Shown: positions 39,371 through 48,884 of the stretch, in pieces | Layout of the letters: every line of letters begins with the position of its first letter | Position numbering within the stretch: the stretch's first letter is position 1 | NCBI GenBank assembly: GCA_964604655.1 | Contig: CAZRZY010000005.1 | Coordinates: 10,031 to 74,030 of the forward strand | Origin: an uncultured Bacteroides sp. | Lineage (GTDB): Bacteria > Bacteroidota > Bacteroidia > Bacteroidales > GCA-2748055 | DNA length: 64,000 nt | Direction: 5' to 3' | Notes under the pieces: model-generated | The model's database searches: none | What the model was told of the DNA's origin: nothing | The model's input: only the letters and a program-made list of their open reading frames with translations | Made by a program: the position numbers and the translations under genes

Positions 39371-40741
39371 ATGAAAAACTTAGCTATTTTCGGAGTATCC
39401 ATCCTGGTGCTTCTTACCGCATGCAATTCCAATCAGTCCAACGAAGAGAATATCCAGAAATTACTGGATCGTCAGAGCGAGATCCAGGAAGAGCAGGAAG
39501 AGTCTCTGGAACAAATGGAAGGTTTGAAAGACTCTCTCACGATGCAGAGGCAAACACTCCTGCAACAGAGAACATCCAAGGATCAACAGATCAGGCAGCT
39601 TCGGAAAGATCAGGAATTCCTGGCCGAACAACTGAAAGAAGAAGAAGCAAAGGCTGTTTCCTCCAGAAGGGGAGAATTGGAAGAACGGATCAATGCCTAC
39701 AAAGATTCCATTGAATATGTTGTATCAGAGCTCTCTCAGTTGAACAGCCAGCTGGATTCAGTGGAGAAGAACCTCAACTTTTATCAGCTTTCGGAAACCC
39801 AGACTGCCAGAACACTGGAGTCGGGAATTAAGGAGATCGATGAGCGGATGTCCAACAGGGAAGTGCATAAACAACAGGAGATCCAGAAGATCGGTCTGTT
39901 AAACAGGAGAATCCTGGTAGCAGGTAAAAAAGTGGAAGCATTTCAATTGGAGAGAGAGATGTATGAAGAGGAGCGCGATGAATTGTTGAGAACCAGTGCG
40001 GCTGAAGAAGAATTACTGCCATACAGGGAGAAAATTGCCGAACTGGATAGCGTGATCACCGCCGAGGAGGCCCATATTCAATCGATGAAATCAGAGATCC
40101 GGCAAGCTGAAGTCTTTATCAGGGACACCGATGCGTTAATGGAGGAACTCCAGGCACGGATCAAGCAGGAGTACGATAAGAAGGAGATCATCGAAGAATT
40201 CATCGCCAGTGAAAGAGAGCGCCTCAGCAGCGAATTGAATCAGCTTCAGTCTGATCGGCAGCGTCTTATGAATGAGCAAACCGATATCTCTTCCAATCTG
40301 AACATGACCGAGCAGCAGATTGCCCGTATGGACAGGGACCTGGAACTGATCAGTAATAAGGAAATGAGTGAAATCCTGGAAATGCAGGCTGAAATTGAAC
40401 AGGCCAAGGCCTCACTTGCGGAAGAGGAGGTCAGCATGCTGGAAGGATCAACATCGTCCACCACGAGCACTGCATTGGCTGAAGGGGATACGTCTGATAG
40501 CGAGCTTCGCAATCTGATAGGTCTCTCGTACGAACTCGATTCATTGAATGAATTGATTCAGCAGGAGAAGGCTGAAATTGCCAGAACCCGCATGGATCTG
40601 GCCGAGAGGCGTGCCGAGGCCGCTGCCAAGAGAGCACAGTTTGGTAAAACCATCGGCATTACGGCTGTGGCGTTGATCATACTGGGAATTGGACTCTTGA
40701 TCCTCTTCTACTATCTGGGACGCAGATCCAGGAAATCATGA
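39371..40741 (+). CDS. Coiled-coil lipoprotein with a C-terminal transmembrane anchor
   Basis: MKNLAIFGVSILVLLTAC lipobox, then about 400 aa of E/Q/L/R-rich heptad-like sequence. It ends IGITAVALIILGIGLLILFYYLGRRSRKS (a TM plus a basic tail). The longest ORF starts at 39308. Confidence 0.7.
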   Translation: MKNLAIFGVSILVLLTACNSNQSNEENIQKLLDRQSEIQEEQEESLEQMEGLKDSLTMQRQTLLQQRTSKDQQIRQLRKDQEFLAEQLKEEEAKAVSSRRGELEERINAYKDSIEYVVSELSQLNSQLDSVEKNLNFYQLSETQTARTLESGIKEIDERMSNREVHKQQEIQKIGLLNRRILVAGKKVEAFQLEREMYEEERDELLRTSAAEEELLPYREKIAELDSVITAEEAHIQSMKSEIRQAEVFIRDTDALMEELQARIKQEYDKKEIIEEFIASERERLSSELNQLQSDRQRLMNEQTDISSNLNMTEQQIARMDRDLELISNKEMSEILEMQAEIEQAKASLAEEEVSMLEGSTSSTTSTALAEGDTSDSELRNLIGLSYELDSLNELIQQEKAEIARTRMDLAERRAEAAAKRAQFGKTIGITAVALIILGIGLLILFYYLGRRSRKS

Positions 40742-40804
40742 TAACGAAATAGCATATCCATAGTCATCCTTTTTATTTATCAACCTTAAAAATTACCATA
40801 TATT

Positions 40805-41227
40805 ATGACACAAGAAGATAAGCGGTCGAGAGAATTTCTGTCAGAATCGGGTGAATTTATTACAGAAGGAGCCAAAGTGTTCTCAGAAAAAGCTTCAGAT
40901 ATTTTTACTACCTTTCTGGAGAAAGTAAAGAAGACGGCCGAAGCAGCCTACGAAAAAGGGAACGAGATTTACGAAGGCGTAGCTCTTTCTGCACAGAATT
41001 ATCTGGACAGGTACAGGAATCGCAATGAAATGGCCGACCTGAAGGAGCAAAGAGATGAAGTGGCTTCGAAACTGGGGTACATGTGTTTCATGGAGTACTC
41101 AGGAAGGTACCGGTTCCGGGTAGAGTTCATGAAGAGCGACGAATTTAAGAAGCTGATAGCCCAGGTCAGGGAACTGGATAATCAAATCATTAAGATCGGA
41201 AAGGAACTCGATGAACAGGCAAAATAG
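40805..41227 (+). CDS. Hypothetical helical protein
   Basis: 140 aa, no signal peptide, charged and helical. Overlaps the next ORF by 17 nt. Confidence 0.5.
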   Translation: MTQEDKRSREFLSESGEFITEGAKVFSEKASDIFTTFLEKVKKTAEAAYEKGNEIYEGVALSAQNYLDRYRNRNEMADLKEQRDEVASKLGYMCFMEYSGRYRFRVEFMKSDEFKKLIAQVRELDNQIIKIGKELDEQAK

Positions 41228-41726
41228 TATTCACCATAAACCGACTGATGTGAAAAACCTCCTGCTAAGAAAGTTCCTGCTATTGATCCTGTACACGCTT
41301 GTTTGGATCTACTTCATGATTTTTAACTGGGGAGTGTTCACTATCAACCTGAGTATCAACCTGGGTTTCGGTGGGGTCCAGATCCCGCCATTCATTATCC
41401 TGTTTTTCTTTGGATTCCTTATTATCGGAATTCAGAGCTGGGTAAGCTACATCTCCAATCTGCAGAAGATTATTTACGAGCTTCAGCAGGGAGTTGAAGT
41501 GGGGAAAATGAAGGACAGGCTGGTCAGGGACAAACTTAAGGAGTTGCTGACAGACGAAAAGAACCTTGAAGTGCTGAAGAAAGAGATCGGCATGGAAGAG
41601 GTCAGTCAAAAGCAGGAAGAACTGGTCCAGCTTTTAGGTGAACTGAAAAGTAAAATGGACCAGCCGGGAGAGACCACTGCACCGGAAGAGATCAGTCAAA
41701 AAGATCAAAGTCAAAAGGACAGTTGA
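41211..41726 (+). CDS. LapA-domain-like membrane protein (2 TM) with a coiled-coil tail
   Basis: 171 aa. Two TM around FTINLSINLGFGGVQIPPFIILFFFGFLIIG, then a charged helix. The 3' end overlaps the convergent transporter gene by 35 nt. Confidence 0.5.
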   Translation: MNRQNSIHHKPTDVKNLLLRKFLLLILYTLVWIYFMIFNWGVFTINLSINLGFGGVQIPPFIILFFFGFLIIGIQSWVSYISNLQKIIYELQQGVEVGKMKDRLVRDKLKELLTDEKNLEVLKKEIGMEEVSQKQEELVQLLGELKSKMDQPGETTAPEEISQKDQSQKDS

Positions 41727-44106
41727 TTAACAGCGTGTCCGGTAAGTTGATAAGAAGTGCATCCATTTTATCGATGTACTTCTTTTCTTTTCCCTGCCGG
41801 GGCAGATTGAAACCCAGCATGACCAGGTCGGCATGAACGGAGTTCCTGACAATGATCTCGTTGATGTGCCTGTTGATAATGAACTCATCCCTGTCTTTCA
41901 TCTGATCGGACAACTGTTCCTTCAGCACCTCATCCCCCTCATCTTCCTGTTCACCGGGCTCCCATTCCAGAGGATGCAACCTTTCCAGCGTCCGTTCTCT
42001 TGACAAAGAGGAGATGCCGATAACCTGCCGGAACGTTCCTACCCACTTCTCCTGCCGGCGCTTTCTCTGCTTAAATCGTTCGAACTGGTCGCCCAGATTT
42101 GCCTCCTGTTCAGAATCGGGATGCAGCACAGTGATCTCCGCTTTGATCCTCGATTTTGTGACCAGTTCTTTCAGCAGGTCCTTTGTCCTCTCCACATTCT
42201 CCTGCAAGACTACGGTTTTGATGGACAGCCTGGATTCCCCCCAGTACCTGCTGGAGGAGAACAGGTGTGCCAGTACCAGCATAAAGCTGCCGTTGCGCTG
42301 ACCCGGATCCCACCATACATCGATGGACTGGTACCTGCTGCGTTGCACTTCCGGATTGACGTTCAGAAGCATCAGACTGTGATTCAGTTCACTATAAAAC
42401 CGGATCAATCGGAACTGGTCTACCGATTCTGAAGCGGTATGTGGAACCCCTCCCCTGATGACTTCATGCCAGTCGAGCAGGATAGTGTTGTGCATGAATT
42501 CGCCGATCCCGTGCAACTGGGAAGCGATCATCTGTCCCGACAGGTAATGGTCCACCATTGCATTTCGGTAAAAGGCATGGATCCTCTTCTCCTGGAGCAT
42601 TTTACGAAATTGCGCCGCATCGTTGCCCAGCTTTTTCGCATCGAACTCACCCGATCTGTGCAGGTTGATGCAGGCCAGGAACCCGCTCCTGCGAGTCAGG
42701 GCAAATGCTACTTCAATGAGTTTCTGCTTGGAGATCAAATTCCTGCTTACCAGCAGAACACTGGGGCGCCAGGCCACGTGGTGGTCTGCCGTTCTCTCCA
42801 GGCTCACCAGGCCAAACTGGATCAGGGCACTCCACATCCCTCTGCGCCAATCCCCCCAGCTTCTTTGTATCTGTTTCCGCTTCAAAAGGACATAGATGAT
42901 CAGTACCAGGGTAAATCCCAGAATGCACGCCACTGCATTGATCAGGAACATTACCCAGATGGAACCGATGGCGCCGGTCAGTGAGATGAGCCAGTGTACC
43001 CGGAAGGTAGGCCGGTATTTCGGCCTTTTGATGATCCCTTCCAGAAAGGAGATCACATTGATCGATCCGTAGGTGATCAGGAAAAAGATCGTCAGTACCG
43101 GAGCAATGGTATTCAGCTCTCCCACCATAAGTACACCTCCCACAAGTATAAATGTGAAGAGCGTGGCAAGGATCGGTTCCTGATTTGGTCCCCTTCCTTT
43201 GCGGAAGATCCTGAAAACGATCCCATCCCTGGCCAGCGCTTGCAGGGTACGGGGTGCGGCCAGGATATTGGCAAGTGCGGAGGAGAGCGTGGCACCCCAG
43301 ATCCCCGCAAATATGAGCGGCCCCCACCGGGCCATAGTGACCATGACCAGGTTGTTCTCCCGGAGTTCCCCAAGGTCACCGGCAAAGCCAAACCAGCATG
43401 CGATCAAAAAATAGATGAAGGCACCTGCAGCCACTGAAAGGATGGTTCCGGACGGGACGCTTTTTGCCGGATCCCGCAGATCACCGCTAAGACTGACACC
43501 CGACAGGATGCCGGTCACCGCAGGGAAAAATACGGCAAAGACCGACCAGAAGTCGTAACCTTCCTTGTAGGAGGAGGCCAGATGGACTGTATCAAATGAA
43601 GGCATCTGCCCGGAAAAGAAGGAGAACAGGGAGAGTCCGATGACACTTAGAATGATATACTGTATCCGGATAACCAGCCCGGCACTGATCAGGGAAAGAA
43701 CCGTCAGTACTACCAATGTTCCAAAGGTGATAATCTTCTGATTGATGCCGGGAACCAGAAAGGCCAGTGACTCTGCAAATCCCACGATGTAGAGGCTGAT
43801 GACCAGCGCCTGTGCCATAAAGAGGGGAATTCCTATGCTTCCGCCTACCTCCGCGCCCAGCGATCTGGATATCAAGTAATAGGCTCCTCCGCCCTTCATC
43901 CGCATATTGGTGGCAATGGAGCTGATGGAGAAGGCTGTAAAAAGGGTGATCAGATTGGCGATCAGCACCATCACCAGCGCTCCCTGCAGACCTGCATTGC
44001 CAACCACCCATCCCATTCGGAGATACATGATCACCCCCAGAATGGTCAGGATGTTGGGAACGAAAACTCCCCCGAATGTTCCAAATCCCTTTTTATTGGC
44101 AATCAT
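41692..44106 (-). CDS. SLC12 (cation-chloride cotransporter)-like APC-superfamily transporter with a large cytosolic C-terminal domain
   Basis: 804 aa. FGTFGGVFVPNILTILGVIMYLRMGWVVGNAGL matches the SLC12 N-terminal signature. About 12 TM, then about 330 aa that appear soluble. Confidence 0.75.
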   Translation of the reverse strand: MIANKKGFGTFGGVFVPNILTILGVIMYLRMGWVVGNAGLQGALVMVLIANLITLFTAFSISSIATNMRMKGGGAYYLISRSLGAEVGGSIGIPLFMAQALVISLYIVGFAESLAFLVPGINQKIITFGTLVVLTVLSLISAGLVIRIQYIILSVIGLSLFSFFSGQMPSFDTVHLASSYKEGYDFWSVFAVFFPAVTGILSGVSLSGDLRDPAKSVPSGTILSVAAGAFIYFLIACWFGFAGDLGELRENNLVMVTMARWGPLIFAGIWGATLSSALANILAAPRTLQALARDGIVFRIFRKGRGPNQEPILATLFTFILVGGVLMVGELNTIAPVLTIFFLITYGSINVISFLEGIIKRPKYRPTFRVHWLISLTGAIGSIWVMFLINAVACILGFTLVLIIYVLLKRKQIQRSWGDWRRGMWSALIQFGLVSLERTADHHVAWRPSVLLVSRNLISKQKLIEVAFALTRRSGFLACINLHRSGEFDAKKLGNDAAQFRKMLQEKRIHAFYRNAMVDHYLSGQMIASQLHGIGEFMHNTILLDWHEVIRGGVPHTASESVDQFRLIRFYSELNHSLMLLNVNPEVQRSRYQSIDVWWDPGQRNGSFMLVLAHLFSSSRYWGESRLSIKTVVLQENVERTKDLLKELVTKSRIKAEITVLHPDSEQEANLGDQFERFKQRKRRQEKWVGTFRQVIGISSLSRERTLERLHPLEWEPGEQEDEGDEVLKEQLSDQMKDRDEFIINRHINEIIVRNSVHADLVMLGFNLPRQGKEKKYIDKMDALLINLPDTLLINCPFDFDLFD

Positions 44107-44891
44107 TTATTTTTCTCCAACTTCTCAGACGCTATTCTGTAGCCCAATTCGAAGATCTCTTTGCCTTTGGATGGATCCAGCAGTCCATAACCACCCAACT
44201 CTTCCGGCTCAAAGACCATGTCGCAAAGATCGATTTTGGAACTGATATTGGAAGAGACACTCAGGCGAAAAGTGCGTTCCGCGATCTTGAATAAGTTTCC
44301 AAACTCCTTCTCAGGTTGAATGGGATTCAGGGAGACCCCCACCAGCTTCTTGCATTTTTTTGCCAGGGGGGTCACGGGGAAATTATCCAGGACCCCTCCG
44401 TCCACATAGAGTTCCCCCCCGATCTCCACCGGCTCAAAAAGAACAGGAATGGATGCAGAGGCTAGCACCTTTTCCACGATATTACCCTCCGAAAAGTATA
44501 CGATTTCTCCCTTGCTCATATTGGTGGCTGCCACAATAAGGGGTATTTTCAAATCCTCGAATGTTTTCGCATTCAGATTTTTGGTGAGTTTCTCTTTCAG
44601 TCCAACCGTCCTGAACAACCCCTTACCGGGAATGGACATTTTTACATATTTAAAGAACCCTCCCTCCTGAGAGAAGATTTCCAGCATCTCCCCGGGAGAG
44701 TGGCCGTCGGCATACAGCGCACCCACAATGGCCCCGGCACTGACACCTGCAATAACATCAGGGTAAATGTCCGCCTCATTCAGAGCCTTTAAGATCCCTG
44801 CATGGGCGAAACCCCGGGTACCGCCGCCACTGAGGATCAGTCCGGTTTCGAATTTCTTATTCTTTCCCGACAGTTTTTTCAGTACATCCAT
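44103..44891 (-). CDS. Patatin-like phospholipase
   Basis: 262 aa. LSGGGTRGFAHAGILKAL (oxyanion GGxR), GVSAGA (GxSxG), VDGGV (catalytic Asp). ATGA overlap with the transporter gene. Confidence 0.9.
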   Translation of the reverse strand: MDVLKKLSGKNKKFETGLILSGGGTRGFAHAGILKALNEADIYPDVIAGVSAGAIVGALYADGHSPGEMLEIFSQEGGFFKYVKMSIPGKGLFRTVGLKEKLTKNLNAKTFEDLKIPLIVAATNMSKGEIVYFSEGNIVEKVLASASIPVLFEPVEIGGELYVDGGVLDNFPVTPLAKKCKKLVGVSLNPIQPEKEFGNLFKIAERTFRLSVSSNISSKIDLCDMVFEPEELGGYGLLDPSKGKEIFELGYRIASEKLEKNK

Positions 44892-44893
44892 AG

Positions 44894-46798
44894 CTACATT
44901 TTTTCAGCTTTGAGCAATTCCACTACCTCGCCGGTAGCCTTCCTGATTCCGTTGATCAGTCCATGAACCTTTTCCGGATCTGATTCGGCCTTTGCCTTCT
45001 CCTTCAACTCGATAAGATCCGATACCACCTTATTGATCCTTAAATGCTTGTAGGAAGGGATCAGCCTGTGGGCGGTCTCCCTTAAAACATCCCAATTTTG
45101 TCTCTCACAGGCCTCATTGATCTGCTCCATTCCCACCTTGACATTGGTGATAAAGGTCTGTATCATCTCATTGAAAAACTCCTTGTTACCACGTGTGACC
45201 GAACGAAGGTCTTCCAGATCGTACAGGGCTTCCGATTTGTATTGCTTGAGAACGATTTTTTGAGGTTCTGCCACCAGATGTTTGGCATCCTCCAGCAACA
45301 TATTCGAGATTTTATTAAACATATGTATCTCCCGGTAGGGTTTAATTAGAAAATCATTCATCCCTTCGGCCCTGTACCGGTCCAGTTCCTCCCCGATCAT
45401 CTCTGCCGTAACAATCATGATTGGGGTATCCCTGTTTTTTTCACTGGCCCGGATGTAGCGCCCTACTTCCAGTCCACTGATCTCGGGCATATGAATATCG
45501 AGCAGGACAATGTCATAGGTCTGCCGGTCTATCCATTCCATCGCCTCAGCCCCGCCTGAAGCCAGGTCGACCTCCATGTTAAATCCTTCCAGGATGATAT
45601 GTCCGAGCATCCTGTTCATCGCATCATCATCGACGATCAGCGTCCGTTTACCCGCCAGTACTTCCGTATTAATCTCATGAATATCCCTCGTCAGGCTCTT
45701 CAGCTTGCTTTTTTTAAGCGGCAGGTATAACGTAAAAGTCGATCCTTTTCCTACGGTGCTCGTCACATCGATCCTGCCTCCCATTATTTGCGTCAACCGC
45801 TGACTGATCGTCAGGCCCAGCCCGGTACCGCCATGTTTTCGGGCAATTCCGGAACTAGCCTGTTTGTACTCCCTGAAAATATCAGTTTTCTTTTCCTCCG
45901 GGATCCCGATTCCCGTGTCGATGACCTCGAACCGGCACCAGACCCGGTCGCCCGACTTTTCCAGCTGTCTGACGCGAAGTTCCACAAAGCCGTATTCAGT
46001 GAATTTGATGGCATTACTCAACAGGTTCATGATCACCTGCTTCAACCGGAAACCATCTCCCCTGAAAATCCCCTTCAGCGAATCCTCCATGTGGAAACTC
46101 AGATTAATCATCTTCCGGTCGGCCCTCATTTTTAAAGTGGTGAAGATCTCCTTGATGAGTGTCTCCAGGTTGAAATCGACATCATCAAGCTTTATTTCGC
46201 CCGATTCCAGTTTGGAGTAGGTCAGGATCTCATTGACCAGGTCGAGCAGGTAGATGGAAGATTTGTCAATGATTTTTACATAGTCTTCCTGAACCTTGTT
46301 GAGGGGTGTCTTTCCCAGCTGCTCGATGAATCCGATAATAGCATTGAGCGGGGTCCGGATCTCATGGCTGATGCTGGCCATCAACCTGGATTTAATCTCA
46401 CTGGTCTCCTCTGCTTCATCCTTCTCCTTCTCCAACTCCAGCTTGTAATCGTTCACCAGTCCCCGGTTTCCCTGGATCATCAGAATACCCGTAGAGGATC
46501 CTTCATCCTGTCTGATGGAATGGGCACGAACCCTGATCTGCCCGGATTTCCCAATCAGCGATTCTTCCCCGGGGCTCCCCTTTATGGCCTGCTCACTGAG
46601 CCTGACAATCGAATCCTCAATGCCCCCCGTGATCAGCACTCTCAGATTATTCAGCGATCGTTTTCGGGGCAGGATCTCAGCCAGCACCTGGTTCCGGTCG
46701 AATACCTTCAATACATCCAGCTTCTCATTGTATAGGATAACCGAGGTATCGGGAAGATTGCTCAGGATAAATTCATAGTGTGAAGTATTCATATTCAT
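44894..46798 (-). CDS. Cytoplasmic hybrid sensor histidine kinase (PAS-like N-terminus, HisKA, HATPase, REC, HPt)
   Basis: 634 aa. SHEIRTPLN H-box, GGTGLGLTIS, REC (LIVDDD...VLLDIHMP), C-terminal HPt (AHRLIPSYKHL). No TM segment. Confidence 0.9.
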   Translation of the reverse strand: MNMNTSHYEFILSNLPDTSVILYNEKLDVLKVFDRNQVLAEILPRKRSLNNLRVLITGGIEDSIVRLSEQAIKGSPGEESLIGKSGQIRVRAHSIRQDEGSSTGILMIQGNRGLVNDYKLELEKEKDEAEETSEIKSRLMASISHEIRTPLNAIIGFIEQLGKTPLNKVQEDYVKIIDKSSIYLLDLVNEILTYSKLESGEIKLDDVDFNLETLIKEIFTTLKMRADRKMINLSFHMEDSLKGIFRGDGFRLKQVIMNLLSNAIKFTEYGFVELRVRQLEKSGDRVWCRFEVIDTGIGIPEEKKTDIFREYKQASSGIARKHGGTGLGLTISQRLTQIMGGRIDVTSTVGKGSTFTLYLPLKKSKLKSLTRDIHEINTEVLAGKRTLIVDDDAMNRMLGHIILEGFNMEVDLASGGAEAMEWIDRQTYDIVLLDIHMPEISGLEVGRYIRASEKNRDTPIMIVTAEMIGEELDRYRAEGMNDFLIKPYREIHMFNKISNMLLEDAKHLVAEPQKIVLKQYKSEALYDLEDLRSVTRGNKEFFNEMIQTFITNVKVGMEQINEACERQNWDVLRETAHRLIPSYKHLRINKVVSDLIELKEKAKAESDPEKVHGLINGIRKATGEVVELLKAEKM

Positions 46799-46824
46799 AT
46801 CAAAAAATAGTCATTTTTTCTCAA

Positions 46825-47073
46825 ATGATGAATAATCCTCAGTCACATTTGCAATACAGTGAAGAGTGTTATCCGCCGGATATGAAGCATCTGCCGACTG
46901 ATGTAAGACGGAAGGCGATCCAGATCTCCAACCGGATGATGGTGGACGGAAATGTACGTTACCACAAAGACCTGATAACGGTCATTGCCATCAGCGAAGC
47001 CAGGAGATGGGGCGTCGAGCAAGAAAAAACCTCCAGGAAGCAGAAAATCAGGGCTCTATCAGGGCAATGTTGA
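46825..47073 (+). CDS. Small conserved protein, paralogue of 53717-53890 (ChaB-like / MPW..YP.S.KNL family; family name uncertain)
   Basis: CYPPDMKHLPTDVRRKAIQISNRMM...VIAISEARRWG aligns with NYPDSMKNLDPKVRNKAIEIGNAML...IPIAISKAREWA of the other copy. The longest ORF starts at 46780. Confidence 0.5.
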   Translation: MMNNPQSHLQYSEECYPPDMKHLPTDVRRKAIQISNRMMVDGNVRYHKDLITVIAISEARRWGVEQEKTSRKQKIRALSGQC

Positions 47074-48409
47074 ACTGCTTGATCTTATTGTAGAGCGTCT
47101 TTCTGTCAATATTCAGGAGCCTGGCTGCCTGTGATTTATTGTAATTGGATTTTACCAGGGCCTGGATGATGGCTTCTTTTTCCGCTATTCCCGCCGCATC
47201 CTTCAAACGGATACCGGTGAGTCCCCCGGCCGATCCTCCTGCTAAATTCTGGTCGATCGCCTGCCGGGTCTTCACCTCATCCGGGATAACATTCATACTC
47301 ACCCGGTCGCTGCGTGAAAGCAGGACAGCCCGTGTCACCACATTTTTCAGTTCCCGGATATTGCCCGGCCAGTGGTAGCTTAACAGCACCCTTTGCACCT
47401 CATTCTCCAGGCCATCCAACTGCTTCCCGAACCGGTGGGCTGCCCGCTTCATAAACGCATCCGCAAAGACCAGTACATCCTCTCCTCTGGCCCGCAAAGG
47501 AGGAACGACGATCTTGAATTCATTCAGGCGGTGATAGAGATCCTCCCGAAGGCGACCCTCCTCCACCTCCTGGAGAAGGTCGGTATTGGAAGCGACAATC
47601 AGGCGGACATCCACCTTGATGTTTCGGGAGTCCCCGATCCGGGTGACCGTCTTTTCCTGAAGCACCCGCAACAACTTCATCTGGTTCTCCACTTCCAGAT
47701 TGGAGATCTCATCCAAAAAGAGCGTTCCGCCATGGGCCTGCTCGAACAGCCCTTTCTTGTCAAAGGTGGCCCCGGTGAAGGATCCCTTGATATGCCCGAA
47801 CAGTTCACTGTTCACCACTCCACTGGGAAGTGCACCACAATCCACCGCTATGAAGGGTCCCTCCTTTCTTTTACTGTGATAATGGATCGCCCGGGCCACA
47901 TACTCCTTACCGGAACCGGTCTCCCCTTCAACGATGACCGACATGTTCACCGGGGAGACAATCTGGATATGCTCCAGGATTTTCTGGAAATTGGGACTCT
48001 TTCCCTGGATGAAATCCTTTTCGAACGATACGGAGGTTTCCTGGTGATCTCTCTGGGTGATGGCATTCTTGATCAATTCAAGCACCTCCTCCGGGATCAG
48101 GGGCTTGGTGATGTAGTCGAAGGCCCCGGATTTGATCAGTTTTATGGCCGTATCCAACTCTTTGTAAGCGGTCATAATAATAACCGGAACGGTCGGATCT
48201 TTCTGATGAACACGTTTCAGTATGTCAAAACCATCCCTGTCCGGCAGCCGGTAGTCGCTCAAAACCAGATCAAAATCTTGCTCCTTGATCTTCACAATGG
48301 CAGAGGAACCGGCAAATGCCGTAGCAACCTGATAACCTTTCCTGGACAACAGGTTTTCCAGCAACTTACAGATATAGGTATCGTCGTCAATAACCAGGAT
48401 ACGGTGCAT
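47048..48409 (-). CDS. Sigma-54-dependent response regulator (NtrC family: REC, AAA+, Fis-type HTH)
   Basis: 453 aa. ILVIDDD...LSDYRLPD, GETGSGKE, GSFTGA (GAFTGA loop), C-terminal QAARLLNIDRKTLYNKI. Confidence 0.95.
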   Translation of the reverse strand: MHRILVIDDDTYICKLLENLLSRKGYQVATAFAGSSAIVKIKEQDFDLVLSDYRLPDRDGFDILKRVHQKDPTVPVIIMTAYKELDTAIKLIKSGAFDYITKPLIPEEVLELIKNAITQRDHQETSVSFEKDFIQGKSPNFQKILEHIQIVSPVNMSVIVEGETGSGKEYVARAIHYHSKRKEGPFIAVDCGALPSGVVNSELFGHIKGSFTGATFDKKGLFEQAHGGTLFLDEISNLEVENQMKLLRVLQEKTVTRIGDSRNIKVDVRLIVASNTDLLQEVEEGRLREDLYHRLNEFKIVVPPLRARGEDVLVFADAFMKRAAHRFGKQLDGLENEVQRVLLSYHWPGNIRELKNVVTRAVLLSRSDRVSMNVIPDEVKTRQAIDQNLAGGSAGGLTGIRLKDAAGIAEKEAIIQALVKSNYNKSQAARLLNIDRKTLYNKIKQFNIALIEP

Positions 48410-48641
48410 AACCTGTTTGTTTGATCAAATTGCATGATAAAGATAGCAATATTTCCAGATCCGGTTTTTGTGGAGCAGCGACCTCAACCGGGACATTTTT
48501 CTACAAGCATATTCCTTCAGGAGATCATTATATCGCACAGCTATCCGCTGACTTCCAATAGATTAAAGGAGTGAATTAAAAAGCTGCCCTGATGGCATGA
48601 TAATCCCTTTTACTTGGGGATCCAAACAAATGTATCCGATT

Positions 48642-48764
48642 ATGATCAATTTTCATGAACCACCAGAGTCGCTCTCCAATAATACCAAAGACTTAGCTCG
48701 TGCCGTGCACTCCCTGAAAGAGGAGATCGAAGCAGTGGACTGGTACCAGCAGTCCGCAGGCTGA
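48642..48764 (+). pseudogene. Truncated encapsulated-ferritin (EncFtn)-like gene remnant
   Basis: MINFHEPPESLSNNTKDLARAVHSLKEEIEAVDWYQQSAG* matches the EncFtn N-terminal half (HEP.E.L....... .RAI.S..EE.EA.DWY.QR). The stop falls where the second helix (ILAHNRDEEKEH..LEWLRR) should follow. Confidence 0.55.
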
Positions 48765-48884
48765 TTCGAAGAGTATCTCACCAGGATCCAAACTCAGTCA
48801 TGAAGATATCCTCAGGAGGGAAAAGAACGTTTCAGAAAGATCGAGAAAAGGACCAACCCTCCAGGAATCTATTTATCCCCTTTT

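Noticed and set aside
48593-48608. A sigma-54-like TGGCATGATAATCCCT upstream of the EncFtn remnant. The same 10-mer TGGCATGATA also occurs at 52664 upstream of the YtxH gene.
   Set aside because: Both lack the essential GC at -12 (TCCC / TCTC instead of TTGC). A shared 10-mer between two intergenic regions of this total size is within chance expectation by my rough estimate.
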